Positions 9,003 to 20,996 of a DNA stretch of 64,000 nucleotides are shown in pieces. The notes below the pieces were generated by a model that saw only the letters and a list, made by a program, of their open reading frames with translations, searched no databases and was not told the origin of the DNA. The stretch comes from Escherichia phage vB_EcoM_Ozark. Location of the stretch: sequence record NC_054927.1; one strand, 5' to 3'. How positions within the stretch are numbered: the stretch's first letter is position 1; each line of letters starts with the position of its first letter. The position numbers were made by a program, and so were the translations under genes.

Positions 9003-9715
9003 TATAGTACCTTTAGTGTATTTTTTAATTTTAGAAAAAGTTCTTCAAGAGAACCATCGTTTGTAATTACTAAATCGCCATCACGAATTGGCAATCCAGC
9101 TTCTGTAATATGTGTATCATTGGATTTTTGACCAGGACGAACTACATGAATTACTGTAGCACCCATCGCCCTAGCCGCATCCATTTCATGATCTTGACGA
9201 GTATCAGGAACGATATAATAATCATAACCTGAGTTAAATTTATCAAGATAATCTAAAGCAAATAATTTTACCCAATACATGCGGTCGAAGTTATTAACAA
9301 TCAAATCCGTACCTAGGGCTTGCATCAGACGACGGACTGACCATTGATCTTCAATATTATTTATAACGTCAGCAATCTTGTTAAATGCTACGAAATTAAC
9401 TGCGTCATCAAAAACAAACACGCCTTTAATTGGGCTTTTACTATTAAGATAGCAAAATGCTTGTTCCATAATCGTAATTACTTCTAATTTAGTCAGATTT
9501 AAATTAGTCTCGCGATCATAGTCAATTCCTTCAAACTCTTTACGAGTTAAACAAGGATAGTCAGTGTTTGCTGCAAATACGCCCCATGCATAAGCCAATG
9601 CATCTTTAATAGGACCAGCAAGTTGATATTTAACTGCAGAATAATTATTCATAATAAAATCTGCAGTAGTATCTTTTCCACTACGCTTTACACCGCTTAA
9701 AAAGATTAGTTTCAT
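9002..9715 (-). CDS. 1: deoxynucleoside monophosphate kinase gp1
   Basis: P-loop GVKRSGKDT; start set at MKLIFLSG... with GGAG RBS (about 237 aa); synteny. Confidence 0.9.
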
Positions 9716-9764
9716 ATGTTTCTCCTCAAATTTAGTTAAGATTATAACACACAAAACTGAAGCA

Positions 9765-10295
9765 TTAAACTTCTGCTATAATTTTTCCATCTTTTTCTAC
9801 TTGAAAATACGTATAAGGAATCGTTGCTGTGCATACTAAAGCTGGGTCTGAATCTTCCGTGTAGCTAAATTCTACTTCAGACAGGTCAGAAACCCAAGGC
9901 TTATAAAAATTTATTGACATCACGATTTCAGTTTTACTATTATCTAAAATGTAAAGCGTAATGTATTCAGGACCTGTTTTTTGGGCAGTATTTTCGCCTG
10001 TAAGATAGTTACTAGTTCCTAGCATCCATTCATACATTCCTATCCACGACTTAAGTTCTTCATCAACTATAAATCTCACAATGAGTGGATCATACTCAAA
10101 TGTAACACCTGGACGTTGTGCTCGGCCCAGTCCAAACGGCCCAGTCACGGTATCAGTAACAGGTATTCTAATTCCTGGAATAGGAACTGACTGAGCATTT
10201 AAAGTAAAAGCAGATGTAGTATTACTATGTGGTATTGATACTACAAAGTTAGTTGTATTTGCTTGGTTAAAAATTTGTTGCAGAGCTTGCGACAT
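9765..10295 (-). CDS. 3: tail completion / tube terminator protein gp3
   Basis: Start set at MSQALQQIF... with GAGGA RBS, 176 aa as T4 gp3; synteny. Confidence 0.8.
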   Translation of the reverse strand: MSQALQQIFNQANTTNFVVSIPHSNTTSAFTLNAQSVPIPGIRIPVTDTVTGPFGLGRAQRPGVTFEYDPLIVRFIVDEELKSWIGMYEWMLGTSNYLTGENTAQKTGPEYITLYILDNSKTEIVMSINFYKPWVSDLSEVEFSYTEDSDPALVCTATIPYTYFQVEKDGKIIAEV

Positions 10296-10401
10296 ATATT
10301 CCTCATAATGCTTTATAACTGTTGGTGGTATAATGGGTCTAAGTCCCTTCCATTCAATTCCATTTAGAACAAACAACAGAAAAGAATGGAAGATAATAGA
10401 A

Positions 10402-11226
10402 TTAAATATTTGACCAGACTTTGTTTGCAGAGAAACGTTTTCCTTTTGAAACGAACTGCTGAAGTGGCATTAACACAACGTTCGCCCAGTCTTTCGGGGC
10501 GATTTCAACAAGGCTACCCATAATATTACCGGGTATATATGCCTTAATCATTTGGTCTGCACCCCTAAATCCTTTCACTTGACTCCAATCAATTTTTAAT
10601 TTCGTTTTATTAGTAATAGTAGGTGTATTTGCATATTGCTTTAAAAGCTCTTCTAGAAATTGCTGACGAGCTTTAGGTGGAATATAGTGCAAGTTCAATC
10701 CGTACATTAAATTATGCTTACCTAAACCAAGGTAAATTATCAAAGGAAATTTATCCCAGTAAGGAAGAGTTTCCTTGTGTTTAGCATCATAAGCAAAAGC
10801 ATATATTCGTCCCGGCTGCGGGCGAACAACTTTATGTCCTTTTACTTGCTTAATAGTTTCAGCAAACCACTTTCTGGTTTTATTATTAATTGCTGCACCT
10901 TCATTACGAATTTTATCACGCAATGTTTGTCTGAATGAATTTATCATAAGCAGTTGTCTTTCTTGCTTATTGAGTTTATTCATTGGTTTTGATTCAAGCT
11001 TTTGAATCTTTTCAGCTGTTTTAATTCCTGAAGCATATTTTGACATTGCTGAAGTAAACGTAGAGTATTTGATTCCTCTTTCTTCAGCAAATTGCTTTCC
11101 TGTCATTCCTTTTGCTTTGGCCTTTTTATATTCAAGACCTATTTGAATCCATTTCTTTTCGTTTAATGATTGCTTAACCTTTGGAACTTGGGGAGTGCTT
11201 TCATTAATTATTTGAAAAATAGCCAT
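10402..11226 (-). CDS. 2: DNA end protector protein gp2
   Basis: 274 aa; length and position match T4 gp2. Confidence 0.8.
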
Positions 11227-11678
11227 TATGCCCCCTTAAAGCCAAGAGCTCGTAATCCATCTTCTGTTAGAATTCTAAATTTTATTCCACGCTTTTCAGC
11301 TAAAGCTTGCGCTGCTTTCCATTTGTCGGTATTAACAGAATATGTATAAATTTCATTCATAAATCTTTTCTTCGCTGCGGTTGTTAGATGTGCTGGTTTA
11401 ACTGGTGGTTGTGTTTCTTTTTTAGGTTTTATTTCAATAAAAAATTCTTGTCCAGAAGAATCTTTCATCCAAATATCCATGAAGTATCTACGTTTTTTCC
11501 CTTCTGCATTACAAAAATAAGGAATTACTGCTGTTTCACTACCCCATGCAATAATTTCTGGATTTTTATCTAACCATTCAAAAAAGAATTTTTCCCAATT
11601 TGATCTATACGTAATTTTTTTAGGGTCACCTCTATACTTTGATATATTTTTAGGAACCCATTTTCCAGAATATGCCAT
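11226..11678 (-). CDS. 4: head completion protein gp4
   Basis: 150 aa; length and position match T4 gp4. Confidence 0.8.
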
Positions 11679-11689
11679 TGGATTCTCCT

Positions 11690-11712
11690 TATAAATAGAT
11701 AATATATTTATA
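11690..11712. promoter_or_regulatory. divergent late promoters (TATAAATA on plus for 53/5; on minus for 4/2/3/1)
   Basis: tataaata near 11690-11697 and tatttata near 11705-11712 in the 47-bp gap between divergent genes 4 and 53. Confidence 0.5.
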
Positions 11713-11725
11713 AACAGGAGGGCCC

Positions 11726-12316
11726 ATGCTCTTTACATTTTTTGATCCGATTGAATATGCGGCCAAAACGGTGAATAAAAACGCGCCGACTATTCCTATG
11801 ACAGATATTTTTAGAAACTATAAAGACTATTTTAAACGCGCTCTTGCGGGATACCGCTTACGTACTTACTATATTAAAGGTTCACCACGCCCGGAAGAAT
11901 TAGCAAATGCTATATATGGAAATCCGCAGTTGTATTGGGTTTTATTGATGTGTAATGATAATTATGATCCGTATTATGGATGGATTACTTCGCAAGAAGC
12001 TGCTTATCAAGCATCTATACAAAAATACAAAAATGTGGGTGGAGACCAAATAGTATATCATGTGAATGAGAATGGTGAAAAATTTTATAATTTAATATCA
12101 TACGATGATGATCCATATGTTTGGTATGACAAAGGCGATAAAGCTAGAAAATATCCTCAATATGAAGGAGCACTTGCTGCGGTCGATACGTATGAAGCGG
12201 CTGTTCTTGAAAATGAAAAACTTCGTCAAATAAAAATAATAGCAAAATCAGACATCAATTCATTTATGAACGACCTTATACGTATAATGGAGAAATCTTA
12301 TGGAAATGATAAGTAA
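11726..12316 (+). CDS. 53: baseplate wedge protein gp53
   Basis: 196 aa; length and synteny. Confidence 0.85.
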   Translation: MLFTFFDPIEYAAKTVNKNAPTIPMTDIFRNYKDYFKRALAGYRLRTYYIKGSPRPEELANAIYGNPQLYWVLLMCNDNYDPYYGWITSQEAAYQASIQKYKNVGGDQIVYHVNENGEKFYNLISYDDDPYVWYDKGDKARKYPQYEGALAAVDTYEAAVLENEKLRQIKIIAKSDINSFMNDLIRIMEKSYGNDK

Positions 12317-14027
12317 TAACCTTAATTGGTTTGTTGGTGTTGTTGAAGATAGAATGGACCCATTAAAATTAGGTCGTGTTCGTGTTCGTGTGGTTGGTTT
12401 GCATCCACCCCAAAGAGCACAAGGTGATGTAATGGGTATTCCAACTGAAAAATTACCATGGATGTCAGTTATTCAACCTATAACTTCTGCAGCGATGTCA
12501 GGAATTGGAGGTTCTGTTACAGGGCCAGTAGAAGGAACTAGAGTTTATGGTCATTTTTTAGACAAATGGAAAACTAACGGAATTGTCCTTGGCACATATG
12601 GTGGAATAGTTCGCGAAAAACCGAATAGACTTGAAGGATTTTCTGACCCAACTGGGCAGTATCCTAGACGTTTAGGAAATGATACGAACGTACTAAACCA
12701 AGGCGGAGAAGTAGGATATGATTCGTCTTCTAACATTATCCAAGATAGTAACTTAGACACCGCAATAAATCCCGATGATAGACCACTATCAGAAATTCCA
12801 ACCGATGATAATCCAAATATGTCAATGGCTGAAATGCTTCGCCGTGATGAAGGATTAAGACTAAAAGTTTATTGGGATACCGAAGGATATCCGACAATTG
12901 GTATTGGTCATCTTATCATGAAGCAGCCAGTTCGTGATATGGCTCAAATTAATAAAGTTTTATCAAAACAAGTTGGTCGTGAAATTACAGGAAATCCAGG
13001 TTCTATTACAATGGAAGAAGCGACAGCTTTATTTGAGCGTGATTTGGCTGATATGCAACGTGACATTAAATCACATTCTAAAGTAGGACCAGTCTGGCAA
13101 GCTGTCAACCGTTCTCGTCAAATGGCATTAGAAAATATGGCATTTCAGATGGGTGTTGGTGGTGTAGCTAAATTTAACACAATGTTAACTGCTATGTTAG
13201 CCGGAGATTGGGAAAAAGCATATAAAGCTGGTCGTGATTCATTGTGGTATCAACAAACAAAAGGCCGTGCATCCCGTGTTACCATGATTATTCTTACGGG
13301 GAATTTGGAATCATATGGCGTTGAAGTGAAAACCCCAGCTAGGTCTCTATCAGCAATGGCTGCTACTGTAGCTAAATCTTCTGACCCTGCTGACCCTCCT
13401 ATTCCAAATGACTCGAGAATTTTATTCAAAGAACCAGTTTCTTCATATAAAGGTGAATATCCTTATGTGCATACGATGGAAACTGAAAGCGGACATATTC
13501 AGGAATTTGATGATACCCCTGGGCAAGAACGATATAGATTAGTTCATCCAACTGGAACTTATGAAGAAGTATCACCGTCAGGAAGAAGAACAAGAAAAAC
13601 TGTTGATAATTTGTATGATATAACCAACGCTGATGGTAATTTTTTGGTAGCCGGTGATAAAAAGACTAACGTCGGTGGATCAGAAATTTATTACAACATG
13701 GATAATCGTCTTCACCAGATAGATGGAAGCAATACAATATTTGTGCGTGGAGATGAAACTAAGACGGTTGAAGGTAATGGAACTATCCTAGTCAAAGGTA
13801 ATGTTACTATTGTAGTTGAAGGCAATGCTGACATTACAGTTAAAGGAGATGCTACCACTTTAGTTGAAGGTAATCAAACTAATACAGTAAATGGAAATCT
13901 TTCTTGGAAAGTTGCTGGGACAGTTGATTGGGACGTTGGCGGTGATTGGACAGAAAAAATGGCATCTATGAGTTCTATTTCATCTGGTCAATACACAATT
14001 GATGGATCGAGGATTGACATTGGCTAA
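12300..14027 (+). CDS. 5: baseplate central spike with lysozyme domain, gp5
   Basis: 575 aa; internal lysozyme domain (MAEMLRRDEGLRLKVYWDTEGYPTIGIGHLI) and C-terminal VxGxxxxxV beta-helix repeats. Confidence 0.95.
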   Translation: MEMISNNLNWFVGVVEDRMDPLKLGRVRVRVVGLHPPQRAQGDVMGIPTEKLPWMSVIQPITSAAMSGIGGSVTGPVEGTRVYGHFLDKWKTNGIVLGTYGGIVREKPNRLEGFSDPTGQYPRRLGNDTNVLNQGGEVGYDSSSNIIQDSNLDTAINPDDRPLSEIPTDDNPNMSMAEMLRRDEGLRLKVYWDTEGYPTIGIGHLIMKQPVRDMAQINKVLSKQVGREITGNPGSITMEEATALFERDLADMQRDIKSHSKVGPVWQAVNRSRQMALENMAFQMGVGGVAKFNTMLTAMLAGDWEKAYKAGRDSLWYQQTKGRASRVTMIILTGNLESYGVEVKTPARSLSAMAATVAKSSDPADPPIPNDSRILFKEPVSSYKGEYPYVHTMETESGHIQEFDDTPGQERYRLVHPTGTYEEVSPSGRRTRKTVDNLYDITNADGNFLVAGDKKTNVGGSEIYYNMDNRLHQIDGSNTIFVRGDETKTVEGNGTILVKGNVTIVVEGNADITVKGDATTLVEGNQTNTVNGNLSWKVAGTVDWDVGGDWTEKMASMSSISSGQYTIDGSRIDIG

Positions 14028-14556
14028 TATACTTCCAATGAGCGCTGATTTAGGAGAATCCATGGAAGGTTCTTCTATCGACGTCACCTTTACCGCTCAA
14101 TTAGAAACAGGTGAAACGTTAGTATCTATAAATATAACTAGTTACGAAGAAACTCCTGGGGTTTTAGTAGAAGAAAATCGCTTATATGGAACATATGAAT
14201 CTGTGTTTGGATTTGGAAATGACGCGTTGAAATATCGTTTAGGCGATGAATTTAAAACTGCTGCTTCATGGGAAGAACTTCCTACTGATTCTGATACTCA
14301 GTTGTATTTGTGGAAAGCTCCTCAAAACCTCCAGAAGACCTTCACTTACGAAGTAACATTAATATATGACTACCAAGAACAAAGTGAATCTGGAGGTTCT
14401 GGCAGTAATTCTAGGTCATCTTCTGATACTACTGAACCGACAGATCCTCCTGCTCCAGTAAGAAAAACTCTCGTTAAAAATTACACAAAAACTATAGTTG
14501 GAAATTGGAGTCGTTGGGCTAATAAACTGAGAAGCTATGTATATGAGAGGTCATAA
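14002..14556 (+). CDS. 5.1: hypothetical protein (5.1-like)
   Basis: Track start is TTG; ATG candidates at 14002 and 14038, neither with a clear RBS; start uncertain. Confidence 0.5.
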
Positions 14557-14850
14557 ATGTCAGGATTAAGTTATGATAAGTGTGTTACTGCTGGCCATGA
14601 AGCGTGGCCTCCAACAGTTGTGAATGCTACGCAAAGTAAAGTATTCACTGGAGGAATTGCTGTTCTCGTAGCAGGCGATCCAATTACAGAACATACAGAA
14701 ATTAAAAAGCCATATGAAACACATGGCGGAGTGACACAACCTAGAACTTCTAAGGTATATGTCACTGGAAAGAAAGCTGTTCAAATGGCTGATCCAATAT
14801 CATGCGGTGATACTGTGGCTCAGGCATCATCTAAAGTATTCATTAAATAG
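14557..14850 (+). CDS. 5.4: PAAR-repeat spike tip protein gp5.4
   Basis: 97 aa, Gly/Val-rich PAAR-like repeats, RBS GAGG; length and position match T4 gp5.4. Confidence 0.85.
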
Positions 14851-14858
14851 GATTTAAA

Positions 14859-16841
14859 ATGGCAAATACCCCTGTAAATTATCAATTAACAAGAACAGCA
14901 AATGCTATTCCCGAGATATTCGTCGGGGGTACGTTTGCTGAAATAAAACAAAACCTCATTGAATGGCTTAATGGCCAAAATGAATTTTTGGATTATGATT
15001 TTGAAGGCTCAAGATTAAACGTTCTGTGTGACCTTTTGGCTTATAATACGCTGTACATTCAACAGTTTGGTAATGCTGCTGTGTATGAAAGCTTTATGCG
15101 TACTGCTAACTTACGAAGTTCAGTTGTTCAAGCTGCACAAGATAACGGATATTTACCTACTTCAAAATCCGCTGCACAGACCGAAATTATGTTAACATGC
15201 ACCGACGCATTGAATAGGAATTACATTACAATTCCTCGCGGAACTCGCTTTTTAGCATATGCAAAAGATACTTCTGTTAATCCATATAACTTCGTTTCTA
15301 CCGAAGACGTTATTGCTATTCGTGATAAAAATAACCAATATTTTCCGCGTTTAAAATTGGCCCAGGGACGTATAGTAAGAACTGAAATCATTTATGATAA
15401 ATTAACACCTATTATCATTTATGATAAAAATATTGATAGAAACCAGGTTAAATTATATGTTGATGGAGCGGAATGGATTAACTGGACGAGAAAGTCAATG
15501 GTTCATGCTGGTTCAACATCAACGATTTACTATATGCGTGAAACTATTGATGGAAACACTGAATTCTATTTTGGCGAAGGTGAAATTTCTGTTAATGCTT
15601 CTGAAGGAGCTTTGACCGCTAATTATATCGGAGGTCTTAAACCTACCCAGAACTCTACGATTGTTATTGAGTACATCAGTACTAACGGTGCAGATGCGAA
15701 TGGCGCAGTCGGATTTTCATATGCAGATACATTAACAAATATAACTGTCATCAATATTAATGAAAATCCAAACGACGACCCAGATTTTGTCGGAGCAGAT
15801 GGCGGCGGTGATCCAGAAGATATTGAACGTATTCGTGAATTGGGTACTATTAAGCGTGAAACTCAGCAGCGATGTGTAACTGCGACAGATTATGATACAT
15901 TTGTCTCAGAAAGATTTGGTTCTATTATTCAAGCCGTTCAGACTTTCACTGATTCTACTAAACCTGGTTATGCATTTATTGCTGCTAAACCTAAATCAGG
16001 ATTGTATTTAACTACTGTGCAGCGTGAAGATATTAAAAATTATCTCAAAGATTATAATTTAGCACCTATTACGCCATCAATTATTTCTCCTAATTATCTT
16101 TTCATTAAGACTAATTTAAAAGTCACATATGCTTTAAATAAACTGCAAGAATCCGAGCAGTGGCTTGAAGGTCAAATAATTGATAAAATTGATCGCTATT
16201 ATACCGAAGATGTAGAAATTTTTAACTCATCTTTCGCTAAATCTAAGATGTTGACATATGTAGATGATGCAGATCATTCTGTCATCGGTTCATCAGCGAC
16301 TATTCAAATGGTTCGTGAAGTACAAAACTTCTATAAAACGCCTGAAGCGGGTATTAAATACAATAATCAAATAAAAGATCGTTCTATGGAATCTAATACG
16401 TTTTCATTTAATTCTGGACGAAAGGTTGTAAATCCTGATACTGGTTTAGAAGAAGATGTATTATATGACGTTCGTATAGTATCAACAGACCGAGATTCTA
16501 AAGGAATTGGTAAAGTTATTATTGGTCCATTTGCTTCTGGCGATGTTACAGAAAATGAAAACATTCAGCCGTATACAGGCAACGATTTTAACAAATTAGC
16601 AAATTCTGATGGACGCGACAAATACTATGTTATCGGTGAAATAAATTATCCGGCTGACATGATTTATTGGAATATCGCTAAAATTAATTTAACATCTGAA
16701 AAATTTGAAGTTCAGACTATTGAATTATATTCTGACCCAACCGATGATGTTATCTTTACTCGCGATGGTTCACTGATTGTATTTGAAAATGACTTACGTC
16801 CACAATACTTAACTATCGATTTGGAGCCTATATCACAATGA
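14859..16841 (+). CDS. 6: baseplate wedge protein gp6
   Basis: 660 aa; length and synteny. Confidence 0.9.
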   Translation: MANTPVNYQLTRTANAIPEIFVGGTFAEIKQNLIEWLNGQNEFLDYDFEGSRLNVLCDLLAYNTLYIQQFGNAAVYESFMRTANLRSSVVQAAQDNGYLPTSKSAAQTEIMLTCTDALNRNYITIPRGTRFLAYAKDTSVNPYNFVSTEDVIAIRDKNNQYFPRLKLAQGRIVRTEIIYDKLTPIIIYDKNIDRNQVKLYVDGAEWINWTRKSMVHAGSTSTIYYMRETIDGNTEFYFGEGEISVNASEGALTANYIGGLKPTQNSTIVIEYISTNGADANGAVGFSYADTLTNITVININENPNDDPDFVGADGGGDPEDIERIRELGTIKRETQQRCVTATDYDTFVSERFGSIIQAVQTFTDSTKPGYAFIAAKPKSGLYLTTVQREDIKNYLKDYNLAPITPSIISPNYLFIKTNLKVTYALNKLQESEQWLEGQIIDKIDRYYTEDVEIFNSSFAKSKMLTYVDDADHSVIGSSATIQMVREVQNFYKTPEAGIKYNNQIKDRSMESNTFSFNSGRKVVNPDTGLEEDVLYDVRIVSTDRDSKGIGKVIIGPFASGDVTENENIQPYTGNDFNKLANSDGRDKYYVIGEINYPADMIYWNIAKINLTSEKFEVQTIELYSDPTDDVIFTRDGSLIVFENDLRPQYLTIDLEPISQ

Positions 16842-19800
16842 CAGTAAAAGCACCTTCAGTCACTAGTCTCAGAATTTCCAAGTTATCCGCAAATCAGGTG
16901 CAAGTACGCTGGGATGACGTTGGTGCTAATTTCTACTATTTTGTAGAAATCGCTGAGACAAAAACAAACTCGGGGGAAAATCTCCCGAGTAATCAATACA
17001 GATGGATTAACTTAGGATATACATCAAATAATAGTTTCTTTTTTGATGATGCTGATCCATTAACAACATACATTATTAGAGTAGCTACAGCTGCGCAAGA
17101 TTTTGAGCAGTCTGATTGGATTTATACCGAAGAGTTTGAAACTTTTGCTACAAATGCTTATACATTTCAAAACATGATTGAAATGCAATTAGCCAATAAA
17201 TTCATTCAGGAAAAATTTACTCTTAATAATTCTGATTATGTTAATTTTAATAATGATACTATAATGGCTGCATTGATGAATGAATCGTTCCAATTCAGCC
17301 CATCATATGTTGATGTTTCATCAATAAGTAATTTTATTATTGGTGAAAATGAGTATCATGAAATACAAGGTTCCATTCAGCAAGTATGTAAGGATATTAA
17401 TCGAGTTTATTTGATGGAATCAGAAGGGATTCTATATCTTTTTGAGCGCTATCAGCCTGTAGTTAAAGTATCCAATGATAAAGGACAAACCTGGAAAGCT
17501 GTAAAGCTCTTCAATGATCGTGTAGGATATCCTTTATCTAAGACAGTATATTACCAATCTGCGAACACAACATACGTTCTAGGATACGACAAGATTTTCT
17601 ACGGCCGTAAATCTACTGATGTTAGATGGTCAGCTGATGATGTCAGATTTAGTTCGCAGGATATAACATTTGCTAAACTTGGTGACCAATTGCATCTAGG
17701 ATTTGATGTAGAAATTTTTGCCACTTATGCGACTTTACCAGCGAATGTATACCGCATTGCAGAAGCTATTACTTGTACAGATGATTACATTTACGTTGTC
17801 GCCAGAGACAAAGTTAGATACATAAAAACGAGTAATGCACCTATAGATTCTGATCCATTATCTCCAACATATTCGGAAAGACTTTTTGAACCTGATACTA
17901 TGACTATAACTGGAAATCCTAAAGCAGTATGTTATAAAATGGATTCTATCGGTGATAAAGTTTTTGCTCTTATTATTGGTGAAGTTGAAACATTAAATGC
18001 CAATCCGAGGACTTCAAAAATAATTGATTCCGCTGATAAAGGAATATATGTTTTAAATCATGACGAAAAGACATGGAAAAGAGTTTTCGGTAATACCGAA
18101 GAAGAAAGAAGACGTATTCAACCAGGATATGCGAATATGTCAACTGACGGTAAATTAGTTTCTCTGTCTTCGAGTAATTTTAAATTTTTAAGTGATAATG
18201 TTGTTAATGACCCTGAAACTGCAGCAAAATATCAGTTAATTGGTGCTGTCAAATATGAATTTCCTCGTGAATGGTTAGCTGATAAACATTATCATATGAT
18301 GGCATTTATAGCAGATGAAAAATCTGATTGGGAGACTTTTACTCCTCAACCAATGAAATACTACGCAGAACCATTCTTTAACTGGTCTAAAAAATCTAAC
18401 ACACGTTGTTGGATAAACAACTCCGATAGGGTTGTAGTAGTTTATGCTGATTTAAAATACACCAAAGTTATAGAAAATATTCCGGAAACATCACCAGATA
18501 GATTAGTTCATGAATACTGGGATGATGGTGATTGCACGATAGTAATGCCAAATGTTAAATTCACGGGATTTAAAAAATATGCGTCTGGGATGCTTTTTTA
18601 TAAATCTTCTGGTGAAATAATTTCTTACTATGATTTTAACTATCGAGTGAGAGACACAGTTGAAATAATTTGGAAGCCAACTGAAGTATTTTTAAAAGCA
18701 TTTTTACAAAACCAAGAGCATGAAACTCCTTGGTCACCAGAAGAAGAGCGTGGACTAGCTGACCCCGATTTAACACCATTAATTGGCACAATGATGCCTG
18801 ATTCTTATTTGTTACAGGATTCGAATTTTGAGGCATTTTGCGAAGCATATATTCAATATCTTTCTGATGGATATGGAACTCAGTATAACAATTTACGAAA
18901 TTTAATTCGTAACAAATATCCACGAGAAGAGCATGCATGGGAATATTTGTGGTCAGAGATATATAAAAGAAACATCTATTTAAATGCTGACAAACGTGAC
19001 GCTGTTGCAAGATTTTTCGAATCACGTAGCTATGATTTTTATTCTACTAAAGGAATTGAAGCATCATACAAGTTTCTTTTTAAAGTTCTTTATAATGAAG
19101 AAGTTGAAATTGAAATTGAATCTGGGGCTGGTACTGAATATGATATAATCGTTCAATCTGATTCTTTGACTGAAGACTTAGTAGGACAAACGATTTATAC
19201 GGCAACAGGAAGATGTAATGTTACTTATATAGAAAGAAGCTATTCTAACGGTAAATTGCAATGGACCGTAACTATTCATAATCTTTTAGGACGATTAATT
19301 GCTGGTCAAGAAGTTAAAGCAGAAAGACTCCCTAGTTTTGAAGGCGAAATTATTCGTGGGGTTAAAGGAAAGGATTTGCTTCAAAACAATATAGACTATA
19401 TTAATAGAAGTAGATCATACTATGTAATGAAAATTAAATCCAATTTACCTTCTTCTCGTTGGAAATCTGACGTTATTCGTTTTGTTCATCCAGTAGGATT
19501 TGGATTTATAGCAATTACCCTTTTAACAATGTTTATTAATGTTGGTTTAACTCTTAAACATACAGAGACTATAATTAATAAATACAAAAACTATAAATGG
19601 GATTCTGGATTGCCTACTGAATATGCCGATAGAATAGCTAAATTAACTCCAACCGGTGAAATTGAGCATGATTCAGTAACAGGCGAAGCAATTTATGAAC
19701 CTGGCCCAATGGCTGGCGTAAAATATCCTCTTCCTGATGACTATAATGCTGAAAATAATAATTCAATATTTCAAGGTCAATTGCCGTCTGAACGACGTAA

Positions 19801-19936
19801 ATTAATGAGTCCTTTATTTGATGCATCTGGAACAACATTTGCACAATTTAGGGATTTAGTTAATAAACGTCTAAAAGACAATATAGGAAATCCAAGAGAC
19901 CCTGAAAATCCAACACAGGTTAAAATAGATGAATGA
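16838..19936 (+). CDS. 7: baseplate wedge protein gp7
   Basis: 1032 aa; ATGA overlap with gene 6; length and synteny. Confidence 0.9.
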   Translation: MTVKAPSVTSLRISKLSANQVQVRWDDVGANFYYFVEIAETKTNSGENLPSNQYRWINLGYTSNNSFFFDDADPLTTYIIRVATAAQDFEQSDWIYTEEFETFATNAYTFQNMIEMQLANKFIQEKFTLNNSDYVNFNNDTIMAALMNESFQFSPSYVDVSSISNFIIGENEYHEIQGSIQQVCKDINRVYLMESEGILYLFERYQPVVKVSNDKGQTWKAVKLFNDRVGYPLSKTVYYQSANTTYVLGYDKIFYGRKSTDVRWSADDVRFSSQDITFAKLGDQLHLGFDVEIFATYATLPANVYRIAEAITCTDDYIYVVARDKVRYIKTSNAPIDSDPLSPTYSERLFEPDTMTITGNPKAVCYKMDSIGDKVFALIIGEVETLNANPRTSKIIDSADKGIYVLNHDEKTWKRVFGNTEEERRRIQPGYANMSTDGKLVSLSSSNFKFLSDNVVNDPETAAKYQLIGAVKYEFPREWLADKHYHMMAFIADEKSDWETFTPQPMKYYAEPFFNWSKKSNTRCWINNSDRVVVVYADLKYTKVIENIPETSPDRLVHEYWDDGDCTIVMPNVKFTGFKKYASGMLFYKSSGEIISYYDFNYRVRDTVEIIWKPTEVFLKAFLQNQEHETPWSPEEERGLADPDLTPLIGTMMPDSYLLQDSNFEAFCEAYIQYLSDGYGTQYNNLRNLIRNKYPREEHAWEYLWSEIYKRNIYLNADKRDAVARFFESRSYDFYSTKGIEASYKFLFKVLYNEEVEIEIESGAGTEYDIIVQSDSLTEDLVGQTIYTATGRCNVTYIERSYSNGKLQWTVTIHNLLGRLIAGQEVKAERLPSFEGEIIRGVKGKDLLQNNIDYINRSRSYYVMKIKSNLPSSRWKSDVIRFVHPVGFGFIAITLLTMFINVGLTLKHTETIINKYKNYKWDSGLPTEYADRIAKLTPTGEIEHDSVTGEAIYEPGPMAGVKYPLPDDYNAENNNSIFQGQLPSERRKLMSPLFDASGTTFAQFRDLVNKRLKDNIGNPRDPENPTQVKIDE

Positions 19937-20933
19937 TTCAAGTGTTATCTATCGTGCGATAGTTACTTCAAAATTTAGAACAGAAAAAATGTTGAATTTT
20001 TATAATTCAATTGGAAGTGGTCCGGATAAAAACACTATCTTTATCACATTTGGAAGATCAGAACCGTGGTCATCAAATGAAAATGAGGTGGGCTTTGCCC
20101 CACCTTATCCAACCGATTCTGTATTAGGCGTAACTGACATGTGGACTCATATGATGGGAACTGTAAAGGTTCTTCCATCTATGCTTGATGCAGTTATTCC
20201 TCGTAGAGATTGGGGAGATACTAGATATCCGGATCCATACACATTTAGAATTAACGATATTGTAGTATGTAACTCAGCTCCTTACAATGCTACCGAATCA
20301 GGCGCAGGCTGGTTAGTATATCGTTGTTTAGATGTTCCTGATACCGGAATGTGTTCAATAGCATCTTTAACTGATAAAGATGAATGCCTTAAGTTAGGTG
20401 GAAAATGGACTCCTTCTGCTAGGTCAATGACTCCTCCTGAAGGTCGAGGAGATGCGGAAGGAACAATCGAACCTGGAGACGGATATGTTTGGGAATATCT
20501 TTTTGAGATTCCGCCTGATGTATCTATAAATAGATGCACGAATGAATATATCGTGGTTCCTTGGCCTGAGGAATTAAAAGAAGACCCGACTAGATGGGGA
20601 TATGAAGATAATCTCACATGGCAACAAGATGATTTTGGATTAATTTATCGGGTTAAGGCAAATACTATCCGTTTTAAAGCATATTTAGATTCAGTTTATT
20701 TTCCTGAAGCTGCATTGCCGGGAAATAAAGGATTTAGACAAATATCAATAATCACGAATCCTCTTGAAGCTAAAGCTCATCCAAATGACCCAAACGTTAA
20801 AGCTGAAAAGGATTATTATGATCCGGAAGATTTAATGAGGCATTCGGGCGAAATGATTTATATGGAAAATAGGCCACCTATTATCATGGCAATGGATCAA
20901 ACAGAAGAAATCAATATTCTGTTTACATTTTAA
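19929..20933 (+). CDS. 8: baseplate wedge protein gp8
   Basis: 334 aa; length and synteny. Confidence 0.9.
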   Translation: MNDSSVIYRAIVTSKFRTEKMLNFYNSIGSGPDKNTIFITFGRSEPWSSNENEVGFAPPYPTDSVLGVTDMWTHMMGTVKVLPSMLDAVIPRRDWGDTRYPDPYTFRINDIVVCNSAPYNATESGAGWLVYRCLDVPDTGMCSIASLTDKDECLKLGGKWTPSARSMTPPEGRGDAEGTIEPGDGYVWEYLFEIPPDVSINRCTNEYIVVPWPEELKEDPTRWGYEDNLTWQQDDFGLIYRVKANTIRFKAYLDSVYFPEAALPGNKGFRQISIITNPLEAKAHPNDPNVKAEKDYYDPEDLMRHSGEMIYMENRPPIIMAMDQTEEINILFTF

Positions 20934-20937
20934 CTTA

Positions 20938-20962
20938 AGGGAGCCCATGGGCTCCCTTTTTC
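20938..20962 (+). terminator. intrinsic terminator after gene 8
   Basis: GGGAGCCC-ATGG-GCTCCC hairpin followed by TTTTTCTTT. Confidence 0.6.
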
Positions 20963-20964
20963 TT

Positions 20965-20972
20965 TATAAATA
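20965..20972 (+). promoter_or_regulatory. late promoter TATAAATA for gene 9
   Basis: tataaata about 25 nt upstream of the gene 9 ATG. Confidence 0.5.
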
Positions 20973-20996
20973 CTATAAACTCATAAGGAAACCGCT

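Noticed and set aside
12780-13320. A second, separate lysozyme gene
   Set aside because: The lysozyme-like sequence is an internal domain of the gp5 spike protein, in frame with the rest of the 575-aa ORF.
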